The position numbers were made by a program, and so were the translations under genes. Source: Vicugna vicugna (taxonomy: Eukaryota). Taken from it: a stretch of DNA of 64,000 bases. A model generated the notes under the pieces. That model made no database searches. It was not told the origin of the DNA and saw only the letters and a list, made by a program, of their open reading frames with translations. The DNA lies in assembly GCA_013265495.1 (NCBI GenBank), contig MU059953.1, positions 4,860,501 through 4,924,500 of the forward strand, written 5' to 3'. Below, piece by piece: positions 14,445 to 28,029 of the stretch (the stretch's first letter is position 1; each line of letters begins with the position of its first letter).

Positions 14445-14862
14445 AAGTAAGGGAACAGGATTTCAGTGTGTGAATAACGCCATTCGTGTCTTTTTCTTTT
14501 TTTTCAGATTCTACGTACGACTGACGTCACATGGTACAGCTCACAGACACAGAAAACAAACTTACAGTCGCCAGGGGAAGAGGGAAGGGATAAACCGGGA
14601 GCTAGAGGCCTGCAGGTGTAACTACAGCATGTAAAACAGATGAACAGCAAGGTCCTACTGCGCGGCCCAGGGAACCATGCTCAATGTCCTGCAGTAACTT
14701 ACAACGAGAAAGACTCTGAACAAGAACGTGTGTGTGGAGACGTACGACTGAGAGTTTGTGCTGTGCCCCAGAAAGTGACCCGACATTGCACACTGCCTAG
14801 ACGTCACACATAAAATTCAAAATAAGAAAGAAACACCCCCCTCAAGAAGGAGACAGGATTTC
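14445..14862 (+). mobile_element. 5'-truncated, 5'-inverted (twin-primed) L1 3' end with degenerate target-site duplication
   Basis: 14461-14536 is the reverse complement of the L1 segment taccat...gaaa. 14537 to about 14830 is the directly following segment in forward orientation, with an A-rich tail. Both parts align to the L1 copy at 48.8-49.2 kb. TSD: aagtaagggaacaggatttc (14445-14464) and aagaaggagacaggatttc (14844-14862). Confidence 0.85.
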
Positions 14863-17800
14863 GCAGCTTAGAGCTCCTTCCTGTTAAAGACGCAACGCCA
14901 CCTCTCATCTGCGACTTGGGTTAGGTTTCGATCACGTGACACTGAAAACATTAAAGAAAAAGACCACCAACTGAGGAAACGTGGAAGGTGCAAAGTCTCC
15001 CCTTTCATTCTCTAAACAAAGGCCACAGCGCCGGCGTGGCTGCGCTGCCTGGTGAAAACGCTGTCCAGCCAGACCCGAGAAGAAGCCGTCCATGACAATG
15101 AACGAGCATCTGACAAAGGCTGGTGCGAGCGGGGCTGGGGTGCAGGTCCACACACCCAACCCGCGGGCAGCGTGCCCAGCCGGACCTGCCCTGTCGCCTC
15201 CCAGGGACCCCCTCGCGGCCCTGCCAGCCCACCTGGGCGGCCTCCACAGTCAGCACAGCCAGCCGCCCGGCCGCCCAGCCTCCGGGCCCTGCTGCAGCGG
15301 GAGCCAGCACAGCCCCACAGGACGGAGCCTGGGGGGTGGGTCACACCTGAGGCCACACCTGTGCTGGCACACACAGCAGGACTGCAGCCCCGTCCACAAA
15401 CGCCGCCACCTCCTGCCTTTCGCCAAGGGTTCCCTTCTCCAGCCAGGACCATGGGGGCAGAACGGCCAGCGAGGCATCGTAGCTCAGCCCCAAAACAGCG
15501 TGGGGGGTGGGGGGAGAGGCGTGCGTCCACCAGTGCCCGGGACAGGGGGCGGCACAAAGGTGTGTGTCCAGACCCCACCCAGCAGCACCCACCCCCCCGT
15601 GGGAGACGCTGGGGGACCCAGGTGCCCAGGACTGAGGGCCAGGTGCCCACAGACCATATCGTGCAGCAGTGTGTGGGAGAGGGGCCGCCAGCAGTGGGCA
15701 CCCCACTCAGCACCCACCTGAGGGGTCCCGGGTGTCACTTCTAAGAGCTTTCTATGGAAAAATTACTACCTTCCAAACAGCTGGTTTACAGGAACTGGGG
15801 GATAGGAAGGACGTTCCACGGGGCTTTCTGGGTAGCTGAACCCCAAGAGTAAATCTCCAAACTGGCTTCTGAATTCTGCAGGGACTGTGGCCAGCAGACA
15901 ATACCATTTGGTGTGACCTGAGCAGGGCCTCGGCCCCTTCAAACTGGCATCACTGTCGTGTCTGGAAGACCAGCTCAAGGACTTTGCCAATAATTTCAAA
16001 ACAGTGAGTTTTCTTATCTTTAAAGAGGAAAACCAAATTGCACCCTGGGGACAAGAGAGTGAGAGAAGTGGGGATAAAACGTGTCCCTTGTCATTTGTCT
16101 CGTTCCAAGAGCCGCACCGTGGACGGCTCTACTCACTCCCCCGCGGATCAGGGCCCCATACCTACGAAGGCACTCGGGCAGAAGAAACGTTTGTCGATCA
16201 GAATGAATTCAGAGACTGCTGCCCAAGTGCCCCGCGGCTGCATCCATGGTAAAAGGCTTCACCGGGTGTCACCGGGCCACCGCCAGCGGCTCTGGGATCC
16301 CCTGCACTGCCAGTCCTTGGAGACAACTCAGGGCTTCCTGGTGTCACTCAGGTCAGGAGCCCCCATGTGTCATGAACAACAGATCCTGCTGTGAAGGGCC
16401 AGGCCTCTGGGTGTCACCTACACCCCAGTCGCCTACCTCGAGCCCCAGTTCCCTTTTAACCGCTCCCTCGCCATTTCATGTGTAAATGAGGTGCAGGCAG
16501 AAATTCACTTAAGAGAGCCTCACAGTATTTACTTTTCAGCCAGGACCCAGAAGGAAAGTGCGATTTTTCAATTATCATTACAAAGAGACTGGAAACCACC
16601 ACCCAGATACTGGTGATTAACGTTCACAGGACGACAAAACTCCCAGGAAAACAATACTGTCCTGGGGTTTTCGTGAAAGTAGCAATTAGCAAGGACGACT
16701 CTGATGCCCCAAGTGCCCCACAGCGTCACGGCGACATCTTCTTAGGTTACACAGACGCGACATGCTACTGGACTTGCAGATGACAACCTGCGAGCTACAG
16801 TCCACAGAACAGAAGGCAGTGAGGACACACGCTCCCTCACAAGGTCTCAATACCCTCCAGGCCTGACTCTTGACCTCTGACGGAGTGACTCCACACTCCA
16901 CGCTCTGGAAAATGAGGAAGGGCTGCAAGGTAAGGGACGCCTGCCGGTCCCAGGTGGCCCGTCCTCGGTCGGCCCCAGGGGAGTGAGAGCACACCACACC
17001 ATGCAGGGCTCAGGCCACAGAAAATGAGACCTCGAGCTGTGCTGATGTCAGTCTTGGGCAAAGTCCTCAGAGCTCTTTGCGACAAGCACCTCACTAGCGC
17101 GCGAGGGTCAGGACTGTTCCGTGGAGGGAGGGCTGTTTTGCAGACTGAAAAACTATCACGAGCAGTTTAAAATAGGATGTATGTCTACTACCTAGTTTCT
17201 CTAAGGGAAAGAAAACAAAAATAACAGATCATATTCATCTAACCAAGATTAATACTGAATTTACTTTCAAGCCAACACTGGGCTCAGAATCAAAATTCAG
17301 ATTCCCAGAACTCAGCTTCTCTGACTCTGGCTTTGGAATTTAATGACAAATGTTCAAGTGGAAACGCAACCAGATTTTTACCTTAAAAAGTGAACTAAAA
17401 TAAAACCCTGCGCTGCTGAAGGGCAGCCCCGGGGACGGCTACCCACCCACTGGCCAGGGGACGAGAGAGGCCTCCCGGCCCCCAGCCGGCCAGCACCTCT
17501 CCTCAGTCCTGAGGCCAGTGACCCACAGTGGCAAGCTGGCAGCAGTCAAGTGCAATGAAGTCACATCAACGCCACTGCACTTAATCAGGACAGGGCTTGC
17601 TTACAGCGCTGCTCAAAGACTGACCCCTCAGGCCCCAAGACGCTACGGACACGCACTGCTGACATCACGGCCGTTAAGAAGCCCAGGTGCCCAGGCAGGG
17701 CGCCTTGGAAGCTGCGTCCCTGTGAGACAGTGGAGGGTTGTCTGCCTTTGCAGGGAGTCCTGGCTCCTCCCCTCCTCGGGCTCACAGCTGCCTGGAGACA

Positions 17801-20319
17801 CTTCCCCTGGGGGCTCCAGGCGGACCAAAGACCCAGACAGCATCTGACCCCCATTTTCTCTCTGCAGTCGGCTTAGGTGTCTAAGCAAGCCCGGGAGGGT
17901 CCTGGGCCGGACCAGAGGCAGCGTATTTAACAACAGGAGCCCGTGAGGAGGAAGAAGAAGAAACCACATCGCCAGTCAATGCAAGGCAAGGTTTTCTTTG
18001 TGGAACAAACTTCTGCAGCTGTGACCTTGGGAAAGACACAAAAAGCCCTAGGAACCACAGGCAGGCTGCAGCACGACGGCGCCCCCAAAGGCGAGCCAGC
18101 GCCTTACAGGGCAAGGCGTCGGGCAGCAAAGGAAGAGGAGGGCCCAGCACGACACCTGGGGTGGCCGGCAGTGCCCCCGGAAGGCAGCCGCACAAGGCCA
18201 TCCGCCTGCCCAGAAGCCACTTCCTACAAACCCAAGGTGCCGGGTTTATGAGCCACTCCTGACTGCAAACGTGTTAATCAGGCGCAGACAGGCTCAGGGC
18301 TGACGCAGCATGTGGCCACGAGCTGTCCCAGGTCGCAGGTCCCAGGGCTACAACCACCTCCGTGCGTCCTGCAGGCGCATTAACAGTTGCCTCAGGTGAC
18401 CCAGAAGCCGGGGCCCCAGACAACACCCATTCAGCTCCTGGGATGGTGACAGAGGAAACACCACAGCCCGGCCCCAGCGCCATAAAACCAGGCTCCCTTT
18501 CAATCTTACCTTTTTTCCTACTAGGAAAAGTGTTCCACTTTCAACTAAACAGCTCGTAAAACTCTCCCCTGTCCATGGAGACAGCACAGGGCACACTAAA
18601 ATATTTTGCACGCGCACACACACGTTCAGCCTTACCAGTTAAAAAGGACATGCAAATTAAAAGCATGGAAATAGGTTTTATTTTTCACCCCTTAGGCTGG
18701 AGATGCCCCCTGAGGCCCGGGAAGGGAAGGTCTGTGCTGAATTTGCCTCTGGAGGAGGCGTGAACTCTGCCGGAGGGCACCACGGCAAGATGCTTTAAAA
18801 TGCGCAACATGCACACTGTGTTTTTTCACACGAAGGGATTTTTTCTGAGAAAATAACTGCAAGTGTCCCAAACCTACGCCAAGGAACCGTGGAAAAGGGG
18901 CCCCCGCCTCTGGGACGGCACCTGCTGGCAAATGGGTCAGGACGGGTTGCCGCGTCACTGCGCTGGTGTGGACAGGGTGCCGCGGCCCCAGGGGCACGGG
19001 GTGCAGCCGACTCCGGCCACTTTGGAGCCACCGTGGGGGCGCCGGCTGATGTCGGGAACATGGGGGGCCCCGCCAGCTCCCAGCTGGGCATCCCCGAGCT
19101 CTGTGCCGGCGGACCACGGGGTCCTGGTGCCGACGGGACAGGATCTGTCTAAAACAGCTCCCAGAAGCACATCCTCAGACTGAAGACACGTATTTTTTCT
19201 CTATGGTGGAGTCCCAGTCACAGCAAAGACCCCCAAGTAACTATGAAAAATTGGCAAAAAGCCACCGCTGGGCTGAAAATTTCATTAACAAGTGTGAGAA
19301 GGGCTGGTGAGAACGGCTGATCAGAACAGGTGAGTCCTGGGGTGGGGGTGGGGGAAGCGTGTGCTGCACAAGGAGTCTGACAGCCAGGCGTGCCCCGGTG
19401 TGTGAGGGGGTCAGTCCTGCGCTCGGGGCCTCCCCGCCTGCCCTGTGGTTCCTGGTCAGGCCTGGGGCACGCCCGCCACAGCCACGCCCCCTCTGCACAC
19501 ACGTCTGAATCTGCCCTCTGCACAACCTTCCCAGAGGCATTGGTGCCCAAGTGCAAGAGAGAAGCTTCCAGAAGCCCAGAGGGCCCACAAGCTGGCCCTG
19601 GGGACCCCCAAGCCCTGACACTCAGAGAGAACAATGACTGTGCGTAGAGGACGTCCCTCCCCAGGGCACTCCTGGAGGAGGGGACCCCCTGTACTTAGTC
19701 ACCCCCAAATTTGGTCTCTTAGCGGTTTAGAGGTGGTTCACGACTCCAGCTCACTTCTGCCTTTCTTGTTAGAAACACAACAGAACGGCTCATGGTTAAA
19801 TTAGAGGTCAACCACTTCTGCGTTCAACTTAACCATCAGATCCATCCTCAAAGGTCCATATTCTAGAACTGCCCAAAGACAGACCTGCCTGTTGCCCGGG
19901 TTCCAGAGCACGGTGAACGTCAGAGAATCACACGGCGCTCGTTAACTTTCCCCCGGACGGGAGCGTCTGACACGCGGCACGCGGGTACTCTCACAAAGAT
20001 AGGGCGAACCTGGTTCTCACCCATTTGATTTGTTTTTAGACACTTGAGCACTTTATATACATATGTCAAATCAGCTACGTAACTAAGAGGAAAGTCGGGG
20101 TTCAGGGGGACCCCAGTGCAGGTGTGTGGCCGGCCAGGGGAAGGGCAGCAGCAGTGGCGCCCTGGTTCTGGACGAGTCTCTCCTGCACTTGCAGGGTGAC
20201 AGTGCTATGGAGAAGGACGCCGGTGTGCACACAGAGGGTCTAACAACAGAGCCACGTGGTGAGGACTGTGCCTATAAGACGACACCACCTGTTTCAGGTG
20301 CTCTGTGGGGACACACAAC

Positions 20320-20632
20320 CGTGACGACCCAGACCCCTGAAATTTATCATGAAAACCACACTGAACATGGCTGGGCTGGTCCAGACAGACGTTGTGTGAT
20401 GCACCCGGAGTAGTCGAATTCATAGAGACAGAAGGCTGAATGCTGGGGGCCAGGGCTGGGGCCGGAGTTGGGAGTGAGTGTTTATTGGGACAGAGCTTCA
20501 CTTTGAGAATGAAAAAATTCTAGACACGGATGTTGGTGACAATGGCACAATGGTGTGAATGGACTTAATGTCATGGAACTGGACACTTAAAGGTGTAAAT
20601 GTTATGTTCTGTATATTTACTGCAATAAAAAC
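20320..20632 (+). mobile_element. L1MB-type 3' end fragment
   Basis: gtagtcgaattcatagagacagaagg...gtgaatggacttaatgtcatggaactggacacttaaag...tatatttactgcaataaaa is a characteristic L1MB 3' terminus. Confidence 0.75.
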
Positions 20633-20644
20633 ATGAGTCAGGGG

Positions 20645-21200
20645 TTTAGTGGTTCCTGGAAGAGTTAAACACGGTTACCACATGGCCCAGCCATTCCACT
20701 CCCAGGTGTGCACCCAAAGAGTGGAAAAGAGGAGCTCAAACCAAACTCGTGCCCTCATGGTCACTGCAGCACCCTGCACAGGCGCCACAAGGTGGAAAGA
20801 CCCACACGTCCACCAAGAGATGAACAGATAAACAAGCTGGGCCACGTGCACACAATGGTACACTCGGCCCTAGAGAGGAAGCCAGCGCCGACACGCACCA
20901 CGGTGCAGAAGAACCTCGAGAAAGTTACGCCAAGTGAAAGAAGCCGGATGCAAAAACAACACACCGAGATTCCATTCACATGAAGTCTCCCGGACGGGCA
21001 AGTCCCGGGGCAGGAGGCCGGGCCGTTCACGGCTGCTCGGCGGTGCAGGGACTCCTCCTGGGTGAGGAAAGCATTGTTAGAAGCAGGTGGGGTGACGACT
21101 GCACAATACTGTAAATGTGCTAAATGTCACTGAGTCGTACACTTAAAAATGGCCAAATGATGAATTTATATTATGTGACTTTTACCACAATTTAAAAAAG
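20645..21200 (+). mobile_element. Second L1MB/MC-type 3' end fragment, GC-shifted
   Basis: cccagccattccactcccagg, ccaagtgaaagaagccggatgcaaaa and cactgagtcgtacacttaaaaatgg...ttttaccacaatttaaaaaa follow the recalled L1M 3' consensus. Confidence 0.75.
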
Positions 21201-21939
21201 ACGAGTAAGGTTAAAACTACGCATTTTCCATACTGAAAAGGAGGGGAGGGCAGCCGCTTCTCTCCGGGCTCCGCCAGGTGGGAGTGAGCGCAGGCGCAGG
21301 GCCAGCTGTGCGGAAGCCCGGAAGCCCAGGATGCGGATGGGGACGAAGGCAGAGCCTCGGCCACCCTCCTGCCCCGCCGGCATCGAGAGGGAGCATCCCC
21401 AGCTGCGAAGGACGCGGGGAAACCCAGGGGTGGTGACAGCGACCACAGTCCCGACGAGCACTGGGAGCCGGAAGAGTGGTGCCCAGCACCGTGCCCGCAG
21501 ACCACCTCTTCCCCGCGGGGAGGCCGGTCTCTGCATACGGGCCTGGGAGGGCCTTCCGTCCCTGGAGAGCCACCTGCTCTTGTTTACTATCTGAGTCGCA
21601 GTGAGGCTGCTGGACTCAGCACCGCAGGAAACACAGTCACTGGCCCGGAGAAGGTGCGCCCGCATGGCCCTGAGGGGGCCCGGGGCTCTGCCCAGCACCC
21701 TAGTGCCAGAGCCAGCCTTCAGGGAGGCCACACCCCCGGCCACACCCCAGGCCAGCCTTGCCACACTCACAGCCACGCCCGTGGTCCTGGCAGGACGCTG
21801 CACCCATGTGCTGTCACCGGCAGCTTTTTGAGATCTCAGTGTGGTTACGGACGTCCTAGTCCACGCAGCTAAACAGCTGTAACCTGGAGGGGACACCACC
21901 GTCTGCCTAGAGAACACAGCATCACCGATCACAAACGCC

Positions 21940-23475
21940 TCACGACTAACAGGAAAATCCTATGCACGGGCTGGCTACAAATGATAATGAAACAAGAGCT
22001 TCACACTGACAGTAGAAAAGGCAAAAATAAAATGGAACACATTCTATTCATTAAAAAAAAATTACGTGAAATACCCAAGAATGATTAGACATAAAATCCA
22101 CAGGCCTCACACGAGGAAAGCAGAACAGGTCTTTTCACAAGGACAGACGCCTCAGAGCACAGACCACGCTCCTGGATTAGAACGTTTATATCAGAAAGCT
22201 GCTGGTAGACCTCCTGCTAACTTACTGACTCGCTGCAACTTTGGTAAGTTCGCAGACCACATTTGGGGGGCTTTATGAGAAATGATTCTGGGGTTCACCC
22301 AGGACAACAGAAGTCCACCTGGAGGCAGGCTGAGGGAAATGTAAAGTGAGAATAACGTGTGGATGGGGCCCGCACGGCCGGACACTGAGACGCAGGGAAA
22401 GGCTCCTGCCTGCGCGGAGCAGAGAGGCCCAGAGACAGACTCGACCGGGAAAACAAGCCCGCGCTGCTGACGGGACAGAGGTGGCACTTTTCACTGTCTG
22501 GAAACACGTTTTGCTTCATGCCCGAGGGCAGACCAAGTAGGTAACTATCAGATTATAAACACAACTAATAGCCAAATGGCAAGATATGATGGACGCTGAA
22601 ATAATGCCCTTAATTTATGAAGAACATTCATGTACCAATGAGAAAGAGGCCAGCACTGCAACAGGAAAACAGCACAGGAAATGGTAATTAGTAGAAAAAT
22701 GCAAAAAGGCAATCAGCACGTAGAAATCTGGGCGACCACACTCAAGGACATGCGGACACCATGTGGGACAGAATCGAACGCAATGTGAACAAGTCTGACT
22801 TGCTCGTCCCTGCTCAGCCACTCGGCGGTCTGCGGGCAGCGCAGGGGCGAGGCCGGGGTCGCCCCGGCCCGGCCAGACTGTGGGCGGGATGAGGGGGCCC
22901 GGGCAGCCCCGGCACGGGTCAGTAAGTGCCACCGATACTGCTCTCGGCCCGTGCGTGTGTGTGTGCACGCGAGAGAGACAGACAGGTGCACACTCAGGAC
23001 TGGTGTAGCTTTTGGAGAGAAACACGACGACAGGTAACGAAGGCCTCGGAGAAGGACTCATCTGGGGTCTGCAACACCACTTCTATTTTATTAAGACAAA
23101 CGCATATGGTCCACACACAAGGATGCTCAAAACAGAAGGAAACCTGCAAATGACCTTGATGTCCAACCACTTAACCATCAGTGGTTATTTAAATTCATCA
23201 TGGCTCACTGTAAGACCACGAAACCATTAAAACCACACTTCTGAAGTGTATGTGATGGTAAAGGGAAACATTAACAATACGCTAAATAAAAGCCGCGTGT
23301 CAGTATAACCCCAATTCCATACAACTATCGACACACACACAACGTACATAATTTAAGATTACAAGAATATACTCCAAATGTAACAGCCTCCCTAGCTAAC
23401 AGGACTGGAGTCACATTTCCCTCGTAATTTCCAGTTACTCAATAATTAACATTAAGGACTTTGCGATCAGAAAGA
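21940..23475 (+). mobile_element. Fragmented ancient L1ME (ORF2 pieces and 3' end)
   Basis: A-rich blocks at about 21940-22235, 22560-22730 and 22980-23475 resemble L1 ORF2 and the L1ME 3' UTR. Highly degraded. Confidence 0.5.
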
Positions 23476-26243
23476 GATCAGGAGGAAAGCGGTCCCCGTG
23501 AAAAAGACGGTCTGGAGGTAAAGGCTGCTGCTCCCTCCCCGCTGGGCAGGCGCCGGGCACCCTCAGCCCCGGGCCTCGTCCCCCTCGTCCCGTGATGCTT
23601 GGGCCATTCACCTAGACAGGTGTCCTCCGGGGGTGCAGGGGGCCCTGGGGGAGATCTGAGGATGCTGTCAGCCAGCGGCTGAAGAGGAGGCCAGACGTCG
23701 GGGTGAGCAGGGCCGAGTGAACACGCTTTCACCCCTGCTCCTCTCCAAAACCCACTGAGAGGGACACTACTTTTTAGGAGACATAAATTCACAAGAACAA
23801 AGCCTGCAGGCAGGGCTGGAGAGCAGGTGTGTCCTCAGCACTCGGGACGACGCAGAGCAAAGGGCGAAGGAATCGCCCCGAACAGAGAAGCCTGCGGCTG
23901 CCACCTGGAAGCCCTGGAGGTGGCTCCCAGACACCAGGGTCGACATCCCATGTCTGCTCAGTGTTCACAGCACTTCCCATTAGTGAAGGGAATGTCTAAT
24001 TCATTCCCAATACAATATTACAAGCGCTTGCAAAGCAGCAAAAGCCACATGTTTACAAGAACATCACTGCCGTGGGTGGAAGGGAAGGGATGGCAGGCTG
24101 GAACCCAGAACAAGGTGGCCGAGGAGTCCTGGCTTGCACGGGGGCGCTCCCCACAGCAAGAAGGGCTGACAGGTTTCTCAGACTGTGGGGCCGGGTTTGC
24201 ATCAGGCACAGGGAACTAAGCCAATGGTGAGGGAGGAGACGACAGACTCAGGGAAAGCCGACAGCTGTATCAGGAAGGCCACGCGGTCACTGTGTGGCAT
24301 AAGCAACAGGCCCCCCCCATGAGGGTGGAGCCCCTGAAGGGCTCTTTAACTAGGAGGCGGCTCAGTGTGGGGGCACCACGAAGATGCGGCGGGTGCACAG
24401 GGTGGGGGGAGGTGAGAAAGCCAAGTCTTTCCCGCAAGTGGGAACCCACCACAAGGGACCCAGGACTCAGGCACCAAGCTGGCCGTGGAGACACAGGGCG
24501 CGCGTACCAGCACAGACCTGGGGCCTGGGAAGCTGGGTGGGGGGCGGCGAGGGCAGGTTCTCTGTGTTGACACACTACCTTTCGACTAGATACATTAGAA
24601 ACACAAATTTCTCTGATAAAAGTTTTTAAAAGTTAAATATAGCACAACAAACGCCCAAAGCAGCAAATCTCGGTAATGTTACATTTGCCAGATGAGCAGC
24701 TACGCTCTCCCAGGTGATGAAGCGGCCAACAATTTTCTGGACACAAGCACCTGCCGACACCCAGTGGCACGACGCTCTCAGCCCTCGGCCTCGGTGACCA
24801 GGCTCCCTGGACCCCGCTCCGGGGAGAAGAGAACCCACAGTGCGGGACGGAGCGGGGACGGGGCCCCTGAGTCACGACCAACAAGGAAACTGTCTTGTAC
24901 AAGCGTGACACTGAGTGTGGAAACCTCCCGAGAGACCTTCTGCACCCAAGGTTAACAACTGAAGTTCCATTTCAAAAACGATTCCCTTTTTAATTATAAA
25001 ATCCTATTCAAATTCACTGATGATTTAATGACACTAATTAGATAGTGCGCTCAAGAAATCTGTCTGACAACCACCACTGCCAACTGTCACTAACAGCACC
25101 ACGGCCTACGAGGAGGGCCTAAATCGTCACAGCGGCGCGGGCGGAGGGAACGCCGGATCACACAGTTTAAACGGCTTCAGACTGCAGATCTCCATCGCAA
25201 ATGGAAAAACAAATGATTAAACTGCGGAGAACACGGAACCTGGAGGCGCTCCCTTCGCTGCTGAGAACCAGCCCAGAGCCAGGTTCCGGGGCTCCCGTCA
25301 CCTCCTGGGGCGTCCGGCCCGCGAGTGGGGGGGGCACGCCCGACGTGAGGAGCCCCCACCCGCCAGGCTGCGAGGCACCAGGCGCTGTCGGGAGGACTCG
25401 GGTTGGGGGCGCTCTCCTCCATCTCCGAAGAGGCGGCACAACTCGTGAAGCACCAGCTGAGGAGGGAAAGGCCGCGGAGGCCGGGCGCAGCCGGCAGAGG
25501 CCGGCCCGCGGGAAGCCGGGTCTCACCCAGCGGCGGCGGCAGCACCAGAGCGTTTGGATGTGTGCTGCTTCCTGGCGCTGCCTCTGCTGACCCCTCACGT
25601 ACCTGGGGTCTGTTTATTTCTCCTTTTTTCCCTTGCAAAACCTGCAGGTTCAACTCACACATACACGAGAATGTCAACAATGAGCATCTTCCTTAATCCC
25701 TGGAGCACAAAAATCCACCCCAGCAAGTTTGCCGCGATCCCGCCGTCACATGCTGTCCGAGGACAAGTGCGCGGCGAGTGGAAACGGGGAAAAGTGCAAA
25801 CCAGCACGCGGCCCGGCCCCTTCGTCACCCAGGCGCCGCGCTGGGCTGCGGCGCGCAGAGGCGGGGGCCGCACGCAGAGCGGGTGGCAAGCGCGCCCTCA
25901 GGTCGGGGCAGGTGGATGGCGACCTCGGGGACGCACGGTGCTCTCCTCGGAAGAGAAGAGCAGAGACGGGCCCCGCCGGTCGCCATGGGGCCAGGAAAAG
26001 GGGACCCATCCGAGAGGACCGGGAAGGGAAGAGCCAGCCCGCAGCCATCACTCCGGCTTCTGAGAGGACATAAAGACACAGGCCTGTGACGGAAGATCTT
26101 CAAAAACATGCTGAGAAGTAGCTCTGCCCCACGTGGGCCGGCAAGGTCACCGGCCTCGTGAAGGAGCCCAGGGCTCGTTTTTTAAATCGTTGTTTGAGAG
26201 GCACAGAAATGAGAGGCTGCAACCTCCAGGACAAAATGAGACC

Positions 26244-26314
26244 GCAGCCTGCGCGGGCGGAGCCTGCGGGGGAGGCGGCAGCCTGCGGGGAAGGGGCGGC
26301 AGCCTGCGGGGGCT
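26244..26314. repeat. Imperfect GC-rich tandem repeat, about 18-nt unit, 4 copies
   Basis: The core agcctgcg occurs four times, separated by G-rich spacers of variable length. Confidence 0.7.
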
Positions 26315-27429
26315 CTCGCCGGTGCTGAAAGGCAGATACCTGGGTTGACTCCCGCTGCCAGGACCATGGCCCGGGCCGCCTGGGGCTTCCCCACCACCGT
26401 CCTGAAAAGTGGGTGCTGCCAAACACGCCTCGGGTGGGGCTGGCCTGGCGCCTGGACCGTGGTCCCCCGTGCATCCCCCCCTGCACCGCACGGAGCAGCA
26501 ACCATTAGCAAGGTGCAGGCCTCCCCACCGGCGGGCGAGGTCCAGGGCACACCAGCGTCCCCGCAGGGCCTCCCTCTAGTCCCAACAGCCACGAAGGGCC
26601 CTCAACCGCTCCACCCCAAACCCGACAGTGCTTATTTGAAAAGTAGAGGACCACGTGGCTGCTGGGGACCAGTCTCCATGGAGACCGGTGACCTCTGATA
26701 GGCAGGAGCACTCGCCTGCTCAGGATTCTTAAGGCAAAACGATGGGGGCTGGACTTCCAGCCGCTCTGGAAAGTGTTCTCTCCTTGGTTTGTCCAACATC
26801 GACCTCAGAACCCCAATGGAGTCGAGGGGAAGCAGCAAAGGCAACAACAACTGGACACCAACAAAACCCAGAGGAACAATCAAACCGGCCAAGACCCAGG
26901 GCCTCGGGGCAGCTCCCCCCTGGCACCAGGGGGCACAGGCAGTCTGGGTGTGGCTGACACCTGAAGAAGCCAAGGCCTGGCTGAGTGATGTCCACCCATG
27001 GGCCATGATGGTCTCCATGGAAACAGCATCGCAGAAGCACTGGGGAACAGAGGGCATGGCTTTCAATTCTCCACATCCCTGCTGCCCAACCCCTAAATGG
27101 CCTCGTACCACATGTGGTCACAGGGCACCTGAAACGCTGTGGGGCCAGGCGGAGATGTGCTCTCCATGTCTCATCTGCAATGGTGCACCAAGGTTGACGA
27201 CAAACACAAGTGTTTCTATGCATTTTGAGTGAAAACAATTTTAGAAGTAGGAGTTTAAGTAAAATGTCTTCACATTAATTTAACTTTGGCAGCCAGGCTC
27301 CCAGCAGCCCCCAAAGATCCCTGCCCCCTGGTCACCTCTTGCCTGGGCCCCTCTGGGAGGGCTGATCTATGAAACAGTAGAATAAGGCAGGAGGGGGTGT
27401 CACTTCTCAGATTAGGCAAGAAGACACGG

Positions 27430-27759
27430 AGGCCTCCTTCTTGGCCCCTTGGATCTTGGCATCTGGGATGTTCACTTTGGGGAAGCTGCTGTTGGAGGCT
27501 CAGGTGGTAAGGACCCATGGCCTCCTCCCTATGCCCACGCAGGTGAGCTTGGGAGTGACCCTGCAGCCCCAGCACCCTTCAGATGAGACCGCAGCCCTCA
27601 CCGGCAGCTTGACTGCACCTCCTGAGAGATCCTGAGACATAACCACCAGGAAGGCAGCTCCCGGACCCGACCCCGGGATGCAACCAGACAGCACATGCGC
27701 GTTTTTTTCAGTAGCTAGGTTTTCAGGTAATTTGTTACCTAGCGATAACGTAACTTACA
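27430..27759 (+). mobile_element. MaLR LTR (MLT1-type) fragment
   Basis: cttcagatgagaccgcagccc...cttgactgcacctcctgagagatcctgag...ggtaatttgttacctagcgataacgtaacttaca matches the MLT1 LTR 3' end, which terminates in ...ACA. Confidence 0.75.
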
Positions 27760-28029
27760 CAGCCAGTTTCTTCTGGTGTCTTAAGGTGGCTACAGAAAAT
27801 GTAAAATCACCTATGTAACTGTAATATATACCTGCTTATTTCCATTGGACATCATTGCTCTGCACGGTCCTAAATACAGTGAGAGCATGCTGTGATCACA
27901 GACATCACAAGTGGTCCCTCAACTGCATAACATGACTTTGCTATGCATCCCCAGTATGTGTTTCTTTTAAAATCTGGGATCAGATTATATACATGCAGAG
28001 AGTGAGTGTCCCCCAAAAGATCTACGTTA

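Noticed and set aside
16623-16677. Hairpin (aaaactcccagga / tcctggggtttt) as a miRNA precursor
   Set aside because: Only 12 bp plus a few outer pairs, too short for a Drosha substrate, and no known mature sequence recognised.
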